A stretch of DNA of 64,000 bases, from the NCBI GenBank assembly GCA_903872075.1, contig CAIQJF010000004.1, positions 94,307 to 158,306 of the forward strand, given 5' to 3'. A program made the translations under genes and the position numbers. This DNA is from an uncultured Caulobacteraceae bacterium (GTDB lineage: Bacteria; Pseudomonadota; Alphaproteobacteria; Caulobacterales; Caulobacteraceae). Shown here piece by piece: positions 27,867 to 36,250 of the stretch; the first letter of the stretch is position 1, and every line of letters starts with the position of its first letter. The notes beneath the pieces were generated by a model. It saw only the letters and a program-made list of their open reading frames with translations, searched no databases and was not told the DNA's origin.

Positions 27867-28484
27867 TCACACCTTGCGGAACACCAGGATCAGGTTGTTG
27901 GCCGGCATGGCCAGGCGCTCGGCAAGGGTCAGGCCGTGGCCGGCGGCGAGGGCCGTCACGTCCTCGCGGCGGCGCAGGCCCCAGGCGGGGTCGCGGCTCT
28001 TCAGGCTCGTATCGAAGGCGAGGTTGGAGGGGGCCGTCTCGAGCTCGTCCTCCAGATAGGGGCCATAGAGGAACAGGCCGCCGCCCGGCGGCAGAAGGCG
28101 GCCGGCGCCCGCCATCAGTCCCACCGTCGCCGCCCAGGGCGAGATGTGGATCATGTTGATGTTGACCAGGGCGTGGGCGGCCTCGACGGGCCAGGCGTCC
28201 GGATCGGCCGCGTCGAGGCGCAGGGGCGCCAGCAGGTTCGGCACGGCGGCGTGATCGCGCCAGGCCTCAATGCTGGCCAGGGCCTCGGGGTCCGGGTCGG
28301 TGGGCCGCCAGGACAGATGCGGCAGGGCGCCGGCCAGATGGACGGCGTGCTCCCCGGCCCCGGCGGCGATCTCCAGCACCAGACCGGCCGAGGGCAGGCG
28401 GGGCCGCAGCGCCGCAAGGATGGGATCCTTGTTGCGCGCGCTGGAGGGCGATTGCCGGGCGGCGGGTGGGGGTGCGACGGCCAT
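27867..28484 (-). CDS. DUF938 class I SAM-dependent methyltransferase
   Basis: RNKDPIL, LEIAAGAGEH, INMIHISPW, YGPY and MPANN motifs. Confidence 0.9.
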   Translation of the reverse strand: MAVAPPPAARQSPSSARNKDPILAALRPRLPSAGLVLEIAAGAGEHAVHLAGALPHLSWRPTDPDPEALASIEAWRDHAAVPNLLAPLRLDAADPDAWPVEAAHALVNINMIHISPWAATVGLMAGAGRLLPPGGGLFLYGPYLEDELETAPSNLAFDTSLKSRDPAWGLRRREDVTALAAGHGLTLAERLAMPANNLILVFRKV

Positions 28485-28500
28485 GGGCAACGATAGCCCG

Positions 28501-28722
28501 TCAGACCGAACCCTGACCAGCCGCCGCCGGAAACCCCAGCGCCTTCCGCAGCGCCGCGAGCTGGTCGCTGGAGACGGTGTCGAGACGTTCCATCTGGGTG
28601 TCGTAGGCGGCGAAAATGGCTTCGCGGTCGGCGGGGTGGGCGGCGCGGACGGCGGCTTCGAGGTTTTCATAAACCTCGGCGGCGGTGGCCAGGGCGGCGG
28701 GGAAGCGGGAGAACTCGACCAT
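28501..28722 (-). pseudogene. 3' fragment (or short ORF) of an unidentified helical protein
   Basis: Strong GC3 codon bias from ATG 28722 to the stop; upstream sequence is the antisense of the esterase fragment. Confidence 0.45.
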
Positions 28723-28726
28723 GGCC

Positions 28727-29593
28727 GGGGCGTCGGCCAGCGGGATGTCGGTGAACCGCCTGATGATGATGGATGAGGCCAAGGGCATGTTCATCCGGGC
28801 GATCGTGGAATCCGGCGTCGGCCATGAGCGCGGCCAGACGCTGGCCGAGGCGGAGGCCGACGGGCAGGGCTTTGCCGCAAAGCTTGGAGTCACCGGAACC
28901 GATGCCGCGGCCCTCCGCGCCATCCCGGCCGACCAGATCGTCGCCGCGGGCGATCCCGACATCTTCAAGGGCGAACTGCCGATCCTCGACGGGCGGGTGC
29001 TGACCGAGAACGCCGACGCGGCGTTCAAGGCCGGCCGCACGATGAAGATCCCCTATCTGGCGGGGTCCAACAGCCTGGAGATTCCAGCGGCGTTCCTGGG
29101 TCCGCGGCGCGAGGCGATGCTGACTTTCCCGGCGCCGCGGAAGGCGGCGATCGTGGCGGCCTATGGCGGCGAGGCGGTGTTCGCCGAGCACGCCGGGGCG
29201 GATCTGATCTTCGGCGAGCCGGCCCGGGCCCTGGCGCGGGATCAGGCCCGGCATGGGGCGCCGACGTATCTCTATCGGTTTTCGGTGCTGTCGGCGGCCG
29301 CCCCGAAAATCCTGAAAGGCGCGCCGCACGCCTCGGACCGGCAGTATGTGTTCCAAACCCTGAACGCCTCGCCCTGGCCCACCGACGCCCGCGACGCGGC
29401 CCTGGCCAAGACGATCAGCGCCTATTGGGTCGCCTTCGCGAAGACCGGTGACCCCAACGGCCCAGGCCGCCCGGTCTGGCCGCGCTATGACGGCAAGGAC
29501 AAGCTGCTCAACTTCACCAACGACGGGCCGGTAGCGATGACAACACCGGACGCCGCGGCGCTGGACGCGCTGGCGGCGGCGGCGGCGCACTGA
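28727..29593 (+). pseudogene. Type-B carboxylesterase lacking its N-terminal part
   Basis: Begins at the nucleophile elbow (SASGMSV, normally GESAG); AIVESG, GSNSLE and GAPHASD retained; about 290 aa versus about 500 typical. Confidence 0.8.
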
Positions 29594-29605
29594 GGCGGAG
29601 CACCC

Positions 29606-30169
29606 CTAGCCGTCCGCGCGTCTGCGCTCCGGAATTAGCACCTCGCCAGGAAGTTTGAAATTGGGGGTGTCGAAGGTCAGCGGTTTGCCGAGGCCCTTCA
29701 CGCCGATCTTCTCGCTGGCCTTGTAGCCACCCGTGGCGATGCGGCTGACGCGGCCGCGTTCAAGCGTCAGTTCCACGCCTGTGATGTCCAGCAGCAGGGT
29801 CACCTCGAAGGTGACCGTCAGGGTGACCGCCTCCAGGACGATGTCGATCGTCGGGTGGCTGACGTGCTCAAAGGCGAGCTTGAAGATCGGGACAACGCGG
29901 GGCGTTTCAGGCCCTGCGGACGCGCCTTCCCCGTCCTTCGCGGCGCCCGTGGCCCTGTCGCAAGCGGCGACAATCAGCCCACCCACCGGCACGGTCAGGG
30001 TGGCGTCGATGGCGCCCGGCAGCCGTTCGGCGACCACGGTCCAGACCGCCTTTTCGAAAGCCGGCGCCGCGCGCCGCAAGGCGGCGATCAGGCGTTTGCG
30101 GTTCTCCGGCCGGCGGAGGGCGCGACGCTCGCGCAGCGCGCTGTCGAGGACCGAGACGGGGTCAGACAT
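29606..30169 (-). CDS. Hypothetical cytoplasmic protein coupled to the PASTA gene
   Basis: Start overlaps the PASTA gene stop; helical N-half, beta-rich C-half (HVSHPTIDIVL...FEVTLLLDITG). Confidence 0.75.
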   Translation of the reverse strand: MSDPVSVLDSALRERRALRRPENRKRLIAALRRAAPAFEKAVWTVVAERLPGAIDATLTVPVGGLIVAACDRATGAAKDGEGASAGPETPRVVPIFKLAFEHVSHPTIDIVLEAVTLTVTFEVTLLLDITGVELTLERGRVSRIATGGYKASEKIGVKGLGKPLTFDTPNFKLPGEVLIPERRRADG

Positions 30170-31136
30170 CGCGGGGTTCCGATTTGGCGGTGAGCTGGCA
30201 GACGACGCGGGACGCGCCCGGATCCGGATGTGGGGCTATCGCCAGGCCGGCGCGAATCCGCGTCAGGCGCCGGGCCCGCGCGCGGGCCTGCATGACCGTA
30301 CCGCCGCCAGCCACGAAGAGCGCAGCGCCCAACGCCAAGGCCCAGATCGCCCAGGGCGGTGGTGGTGGTGGATCAGCCAGGGTGGCGACGACCAGCGAGT
30401 TCGCGAGCATCGGCGTTTCGGGAGGCGGGTCCTGGTCGACCACTTTGGCCGCGGCATCCGTAGGCCCAACAAATCTCACCCGCAGCCCCGCGTTCGAAGC
30501 CGCCACCTCGGCCGCGCCAGCGTTCAGGCCGCGCAGCGACGGCGCCGCAACGGGCGGCTTAGGCGGGTCCGTCATGTACAAGGTAACGCCCCCAACCTCC
30601 GGGACAGGCGAATCCGGGGGCGGGTTCTGGGTGTCGACATGCGCGTCGACGTCGGTCGGACCGCTGAATTGTAGCGTGATATGCGTGCCCTGAGCCTTCT
30701 GGACAGCGTCGCTCACGGTCAAGCCATGGAACGCGGGAATCATTTCCGGCGGAGGTGGCGGAGTCGTATCGGACGTCGACAGTATGACGATCCGACCTTT
30801 GCCCACTTGCTGGCCAGGCTGCAAATCCTGGTCGACGACCCGGGCCGCGTCATCCATCGGACCCACGAACTGAAGCCTGAGATGAGCAATCTCGGCCATC
30901 TGTTTGGCCATGTCCAAAGTGGCACCGTTGAACAGGGGAACGTCGACGAGGGCGTCAGCTGGTGGGTTGGCTTTCGGCGCGATCGGTTGTGTCGGGACCG
31001 GCTTCTGGGCGGCCCACCACTTGGCGGGATTGAAGGTCTGTGCTGTGGTTGCCCACCCCGCAGAGCCGAGGATGCAGAGCATCGCGAGGCCAAGCACGCT
31101 GCGCCGTGCGGGTCGGACCCTGTCGAAGATCGTCAA
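30162..31136 (-). CDS. Membrane-anchored protein with three PASTA-like repeats
   Basis: Three repeats of (V/I)P-x(2-3)-G-x-(T/N)-x3-A...L-x-F-x-GP-x4-A-x-V-x2-Q-x-P-x-P separated by Pro linkers; signal peptide; C-terminal TM. Confidence 0.8.
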   Translation of the reverse strand: MTIFDRVRPARRSVLGLAMLCILGSAGWATTAQTFNPAKWWAAQKPVPTQPIAPKANPPADALVDVPLFNGATLDMAKQMAEIAHLRLQFVGPMDDAARVVDQDLQPGQQVGKGRIVILSTSDTTPPPPPEMIPAFHGLTVSDAVQKAQGTHITLQFSGPTDVDAHVDTQNPPPDSPVPEVGGVTLYMTDPPKPPVAAPSLRGLNAGAAEVAASNAGLRVRFVGPTDAAAKVVDQDPPPETPMLANSLVVATLADPPPPPPWAIWALALGAALFVAGGGTVMQARARARRLTRIRAGLAIAPHPDPGASRVVCQLTAKSEPRDV

Positions 31137-31275
31137 GGTTGCCCCCTCGACGCAATGCCCGCGCGTTATCTCCGAGTGGTTTCGGAGGCTTCAACAGCAG
31201 GTGAGCCTGCGAAGGCTGTCACAACTCCTAGACCACGTCAAATATTCGGGATCTTCACGAGTTCGCTTGCGGTGA

Positions 31276-31299
31276 TCGCGCGGCCCGAAGGCCGCGCGA
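31276..31299 (-). terminator. 10-bp stem hairpin downstream of the TonB-dependent receptor
   Basis: TCGCGCGGCC-CGAA-GGCCGCGCGA; no clear U-tract. Confidence 0.4.
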
Positions 31300-31307
31300 C
31301 ACTGACG

Positions 31308-33839
31308 TCAGAACTTGTAGCTGGCCTCGACGCCGACCACGCGGCGGTCGCCGGGGGAGATGAAGGAGCCGCCGAACTCGATCGCCGGGATCACCTCGTT
31401 CAGATAGTGCTTGTCGAGCAGGTTTTTGGCGAATGCGGTGACCGACCAGCGGCCGCTGTCCAGGCCCACCCGCAGATCGAACACGCCGAAGGCGTCGCGA
31501 CGGGCGCGGTCGTAGGTGGCGTTGCCGACGAAGGCCGGCAGGGCCAGGGCGCTGATCGGCAGCAGGGCGGAGAACAGGGTCGGACGGACCTCGTCCTGCA
31601 CGGTATGGAACCAGGTCGGGCCGGTCAGGCGGTAGTCGACCCGCGCCACCAGATCCAGGCCATTGCCCACCGGCTGCACGATCTGGGTGCCGAGGTTGAG
31701 GGTGTAGTCGGGCGTGTAGGGCGACTTGTTGCCGACGGTGTAGGGCCGCGAGCGGTTCGCCAGTATGTTGCTGTCGGTATAGTTGAACGATCCGAACACG
31801 TTCCAGCCGCGGGTGACACGCGCGTCGAGGTTGACCTCGGCGCCCTTGATCTCGACGGAATCGATGTTGGAGACCACGCGCAGCAGGCCGAAGCTGCCGA
31901 CGAAGAACTCGAAGAACTGCATGTCGTGGACGCGGGTGTAGTAGCCCGACAGGTCGTAGTGCACGCGATTGCCGAGCAGAGCGCCCTTCACCCCGGCCTC
32001 GAAGGCGCTGGACCACTCCTTGCGGTACTTGTCCTGGATGGTGACGTTGGCGCCGAAGGCCTGGTTGAAGTTCTGATCGACGACGGCGGCCGAACCCTGG
32101 TTGTTGAAACCGCCGGATTTGAAGCCGATGCCCCAGTCCGCATAGACGTTGGTGTTGGCGTTGGGCTTCCAGCTCAGGGAGACCTTAGGTTCGGGCTGGG
32201 AGAAGGTCTCGGACTTGTCGGCGATGGGGCCGCCGGCCTGGCCGGGGTTGATCGGCCCGCCCGTGATGGGGTCGGTGACGAACGGCACGAGATTATGCAC
32301 GTGCCGTTCCTCGACGTCGTAGCGCATGGCCACGTCGAGCTTCAGGTTGCTGGCGATGGCGTAGTCCACCGAACCGAAGCCGGCATAGACATTGGTGGTG
32401 AAGTGGTCCTCGAACAGCTGCGAGGTGGGATTGGTCGAGGCCGGATCGTTGTAGAGCGTTGGCAGCATGCCCTTGCCCAGATCCGCGCCCAGGCTGACGC
32501 CGGTGGTGCGGTCGATGTGCAGGACGTAGGCGCCGACCTGCCAGGAGAGGGGTCCGCCGGTGGTGGAGGCCAGACGCACTTCGCCGCTGAAATCGGCCTG
32601 TTTGCGGACCTGCAGCTGGGTGCCGTCGCAGGTGGTGGGCGAATAGGGTCCGAAGGTGGAGCCGTTGGCCGGGGCGAAGATGAACGGCACGGGGATCTGG
32701 CCGACGCCGCCGGGCGGGTTGACTTTGAAGCCGGTCAAGGCGGCGGTTGACGCGAAACAGGCGTTCATCACGGCCAGGTTGGTGGGGTTGGGCGTCGCGC
32801 CCAGGGCCGGGGCGATGTAGCGGGCGAAGTCGGCCGAGGTTCCGTCGGCCTCAAGGCTCTGATCGATGTTCGAATAGAGGAACCAGGCGGTCAGCTTGGC
32901 CTTGTCGAAGCTGTGCTCGAGCTTGGCCGAGACCTCGGCGGTGCGCTGATCGTTGCTCGGCCGGATATTGGAATAGTAGTTGAACGGGTGGGTGTTGACG
33001 TTCTCGTAGAAGGCCGGGTTCACGGCCGCGAAGTTCGGCAGGGCGAAGGCGGCGTTGAAATTGATCGAGGCGCCCGAGAGTTTCTCGTAACGGGCCTTCA
33101 CGTCCAGGTTGGTCTTGTCGTCAAGCTTGGCGACGATGCGGCCGTCGATGCCATAGACGGTCTGCTCATCCACCGAATTGTGATCGGCCAGATAGGTGTT
33201 CTGGAAAAAGCCGTCGGTGTGGCGATAGAAGCCCGACACCACCGCCCCGACCTTGTCCGAGACGGGGCCTGACACATAGCCGCGCACCTCGCCGGTGTTG
33301 TGCTCGGCGAAACTGCCGGTGATCGCGCCGGCCAGATGATCGCCCGGGGTGACGGTGGTGATGGCGATGGCGCCGGCGGCGGCGTTGCGGCCGTAGAGCG
33401 CGCCCTGGGGACCTTTGAGGATTTCCACCTGACGCAAAGTGCCCTGCACCTCGTTGAGCTGGGCGGTGTTGGTCTTGAGGATGCCGTCGACCACCAGGGC
33501 CACTGAGCTCTCGGCGTCACGGGCGCCGTTCATGCCGCGGATGTTGATCTGGGTGTCGCCGGCCTCGGCCGTGCCGGTGACGATGCTCACCCCCGGGGTC
33601 AGACGCACGAAATCCTCGGCCTTGGTGACGCCGGTGCGGGCGATGGTCTCGGAGGAGAGCACCGTGACGGCGGCCGGCACGTCGATCAACCGCTCCGACT
33701 GGCGGCGGGCGACGACGATGACCTCGGTTACGTCCGTGGCGGCCGCGCCGGGCGCGTTCGTCGACGCGGCGGCGGCGGTCGCCGGCAGGGCGGCGGCCAT
33801 GGCGGCGCTGGCGAGCAGCCACTTGAGTGAGGTGTGCAT
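31308..33839 (-). CDS. TonB-dependent outer-membrane receptor
   Basis: Signal peptide, TonB box (TEVIVVA), plug motif VEILKGPQGALYGRNAAAGAI, C-terminal YKF. Confidence 0.95.
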   Translation of the reverse strand: MHTSLKWLLASAAMAAALPATAAAASTNAPGAAATDVTEVIVVARRQSERLIDVPAAVTVLSSETIARTGVTKAEDFVRLTPGVSIVTGTAEAGDTQINIRGMNGARDAESSVALVVDGILKTNTAQLNEVQGTLRQVEILKGPQGALYGRNAAAGAIAITTVTPGDHLAGAITGSFAEHNTGEVRGYVSGPVSDKVGAVVSGFYRHTDGFFQNTYLADHNSVDEQTVYGIDGRIVAKLDDKTNLDVKARYEKLSGASINFNAAFALPNFAAVNPAFYENVNTHPFNYYSNIRPSNDQRTAEVSAKLEHSFDKAKLTAWFLYSNIDQSLEADGTSADFARYIAPALGATPNPTNLAVMNACFASTAALTGFKVNPPGGVGQIPVPFIFAPANGSTFGPYSPTTCDGTQLQVRKQADFSGEVRLASTTGGPLSWQVGAYVLHIDRTTGVSLGADLGKGMLPTLYNDPASTNPTSQLFEDHFTTNVYAGFGSVDYAIASNLKLDVAMRYDVEERHVHNLVPFVTDPITGGPINPGQAGGPIADKSETFSQPEPKVSLSWKPNANTNVYADWGIGFKSGGFNNQGSAAVVDQNFNQAFGANVTIQDKYRKEWSSAFEAGVKGALLGNRVHYDLSGYYTRVHDMQFFEFFVGSFGLLRVVSNIDSVEIKGAEVNLDARVTRGWNVFGSFNYTDSNILANRSRPYTVGNKSPYTPDYTLNLGTQIVQPVGNGLDLVARVDYRLTGPTWFHTVQDEVRPTLFSALLPISALALPAFVGNATYDRARRDAFGVFDLRVGLDSGRWSVTAFAKNLLDKHYLNEVIPAIEFGGSFISPGDRRVVGVEASYKF

Positions 33840-33900
33840 CCCCGATCCTCTCGTTCGCGCCATCGTTCCGAACGGGCGCATGTTTCGATCCTGTGACGCT

Positions 33901-33912
33901 ATTGTGTACAAA
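33901..33912. promoter_or_regulatory. GntR/FadR-type operator TTGTGTACAA
   Basis: Near-palindrome in the TBDR/gntR divergent intergenic region; matches the second site at 35302. Confidence 0.7.
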
Positions 33913-33953
33913 CCTGCCTCGTCAAGACTTGCTGACGTCGCGCCCCCCGGCTT

Positions 33954-34622
33954 ATGAAAATGCCCATGACACGGGCAGCCGACCGCGCTTACGACGAGAT
34001 ACGCAGCCTGATCCTGTCAGGCGACGCTCCGCCGGGGTCGCAACTCACCGAAGAACACCTCGCCGAGATCTGCGGCGTCTCGCGCACGCCGGTGCGCGAC
34101 GCTCTGCGCCGGCTGGAGGCGGAACTCTATGTTGTGCGCAGCGATTCGCAGCGCGTCTTCGTGGCCGACTGGAGCCTTGAGGAGGTGGAGGAGATCTTCG
34201 CCCTGCGCGGCATGCTGGAGGCCCATGCCGCCGGCCGGGCGGCGCGGCGGCTGACCAGCGCGCAGATCGAGTCCTTGAGAGGCTTCAACGCCGACCTGCG
34301 GGACGCGGTGATGCGCCCGGCGCCGGACGTCGCCGCCTTCCTTGAGGCCAACCGCGCTTTTCACAACCTGATTATCGACGCGGCCCAGTCGCCGCGGCTG
34401 GCGGCCAACCTGGCGACCCTGGTGGAGCAGCCGATCGTGCGGCGGACGGCCCGGCAATATGGCCGCGATCAGCTGGAGCGGTCGATGCGCGAGCATGACG
34501 AACTGATCCAGGCCTTTGCCTCCCGGGACAACGGCTGGGCGGGGGCGGTGATGACCGCGCATATCCGCCGCGCCTATCACGCCTTCTCGGAGGCGGCGCC
34601 GCGCCTCAAGGCCGCGGAATAG
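33954..34622 (+). CDS. GntR family regulator (FCD domain)
   Basis: LAEICGVSRTPVRDALRRLEAE HTH; NRAFH and EHDELIQA FCD motifs. Confidence 0.95.
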   Translation: MKMPMTRAADRAYDEIRSLILSGDAPPGSQLTEEHLAEICGVSRTPVRDALRRLEAELYVVRSDSQRVFVADWSLEEVEEIFALRGMLEAHAAGRAARRLTSAQIESLRGFNADLRDAVMRPAPDVAAFLEANRAFHNLIIDAAQSPRLAANLATLVEQPIVRRTARQYGRDQLERSMREHDELIQAFASRDNGWAGAVMTAHIRRAYHAFSEAAPRLKAAE

Positions 34623-35250
34623 AGGCCAGGTAGGCGCCGGCCGCGGCGCTGTCGATCACCTCGGCGTATTTCGCCTGCAGATCGAACAGGTTGGCCTCAT
34701 GCACCCCGGCGTCGCGGTCGCCGCAGGCGTCGCGCACCACCAGGGGCGTGAAGCCGTGGCAGAGGGTGTCGAGCGCGGTGGCCCGCACGCAGCCGGAGGT
34801 GGAAAGACCCGTCACCAGACAGGTGTCGACCCCGAGCGCGTGGAGTCGCGCGGCCAGATCGGTGCCGAAGAAGGCGCTGGGGTATTGTTTGGTGATGACG
34901 ATGTCGCCGTCCTGGGGGCGCAGGGCGTCGGTGAAATCGCCGAGCGGATTGCCGCGGTCGAAGGCCTTCAGGGCCGGCACCTTGCCATAGAACCGCCCGC
35001 CGCCGAGCGCCGGATCGCCAGGCACATACTCAACGCGGGTGAAGACCACCGGAACGCCGGCGGCGCGGGCCTGGGCGGCGAGACCGGCCGCGACCTCGCG
35101 CTCGGCCTCGACCCCGGCGTAGAGGCCGCAGTCCGGATCGAAATAGGCCCGGGCGAAGTCCACCAGGATGAGGGCCGGGCGATCTCCCGGCGCGAGGCCG
35201 CCGCCGAATCCGGCCCGGTCGTAGTCGCTCTTCAAGGCCGCCGAACGCAT
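34606..35250 (-). CDS. Isochorismatase/cysteine hydrolase family (N-carbamoyl/maleamate amidohydrolase-like)
   Basis: LILVDF, KQYPSAFFGT and STSGCVRATALD (Asp-Lys-Cys triad). Confidence 0.9.
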   Translation of the reverse strand: MRSAALKSDYDRAGFGGGLAPGDRPALILVDFARAYFDPDCGLYAGVEAEREVAAGLAAQARAAGVPVVFTRVEYVPGDPALGGGRFYGKVPALKAFDRGNPLGDFTDALRPQDGDIVITKQYPSAFFGTDLAARLHALGVDTCLVTGLSTSGCVRATALDTLCHGFTPLVVRDACGDRDAGVHEANLFDLQAKYAEVIDSAAAGAYLASIPRP

Positions 35251-35301
35251 GGCCCTTCCCCCGAAAAATTGCCACCTCCGGCTATACAGGCGGGCAGGCC
35301 A

Positions 35302-35313
35302 TTTGTATACAAA
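35302..35313. promoter_or_regulatory. GntR/FadR-type operator TTTGTATACAAA
   Basis: Perfect 12-bp palindrome between the divergent isochorismatase and lyase genes. Confidence 0.75.
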
Positions 35314-35317
35314 ACCC

Positions 35318-36250
35318 ATGGAACCGGTCACCCTTTTCGAGGTCGGCCCGCGGGACGGGCTGCAGAACGAGCCGGAGACGGTGGCGATGGCTGACAAGGT
35401 CGCCCTGGTGGCGCGCGCCATCGACTACGGCGCACGGCGCATCGAGGTCGGCAGTTTCGTCAATCCGCGCCGCGTGCCCCAGATGGCCGGGACGGAAGAT
35501 GTCATCGCCGGCCTGCCTGACGATCCGGCGGTGCGCTACACGGCCCTGTGCCTGAACGTGCGTGGGGTCGAGCGGGCCATCGCGACGCGCGAGACCGGCC
35601 GCGGCGTCGACGAGGCGGGCTGCGTGATCGTGGCCTCCGACACCTTCGGCGTCGCCAACCAGGGCCAGACCATCGCCGACGGGATCGCCGCCAACCGGGC
35701 GATGATCGCCCTGGCCAAGTCCGCCGGCCTGAAGGCCCAGGTGACCATCGGCGCCGCGTTCGGCTGCCCCTTCGAGGGGCCGACGCCGCAGGACCGGGTG
35801 CTGGACATCGCCGAGGCCATGGCCGAGGCCGGCGCCGAGGAGATCGCCTTCGCCGACACCATTGGCGTGGGCGTGCCGCCGCAGGTTGGCGAGACGGTGG
35901 CGCGGGCGTTCGAGCGCCTGGGCAACACCTTCCCCCTGCGCGTGCACCTGCACGACACCCGCGGCCTGGCGGCCGCCAACGCCTGGGCCGCCTATCTGGC
36001 GGGCTGCCGCACCTTCGACAGCGCGCTGGGCGGGCTGGGCGGCTGTCCGTTCGCCCCCAAGGCGGCCGGCAATGTGGCCACCGAGGAGCTGGCCTATATG
36101 TTCGCCCGGTCGGGCATCGCCACCGGCGTTGACCTGGACGCGGTCCTGGCCGCCAACGCCTGGTTCGAGACGGTCATGGGCCGCCCCCTGCCCAGCCGCG
36201 TCGGCCGGGCGGGCGATTTCACCATCACAAGGGAACCTGTCCGCGCATGA
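35318..36250 (+). CDS. HMG-CoA lyase family (DRE-TIM) protein
   Basis: EVGPRDGLQNE, FADTIG, HLHDTRG and GLGGCPFAP motifs. Confidence 0.9.
   Translation: MEPVTLFEVGPRDGLQNEPETVAMADKVALVARAIDYGARRIEVGSFVNPRRVPQMAGTEDVIAGLPDDPAVRYTALCLNVRGVERAIATRETGRGVDEAGCVIVASDTFGVANQGQTIADGIAANRAMIALAKSAGLKAQVTIGAAFGCPFEGPTPQDRVLDIAEAMAEAGAEEIAFADTIGVGVPPQVGETVARAFERLGNTFPLRVHLHDTRGLAAANAWAAYLAGCRTFDSALGGLGGCPFAPKAAGNVATEELAYMFARSGIATGVDLDAVLAANAWFETVMGRPLPSRVGRAGDFTITREPVRA

Noticed and set aside
28685-29593. Intact 302-aa carboxylesterase as called by the ORF track
   Set aside because: The first residues are the antisense of another gene, and the N-terminal part of the type-B esterase fold is missing
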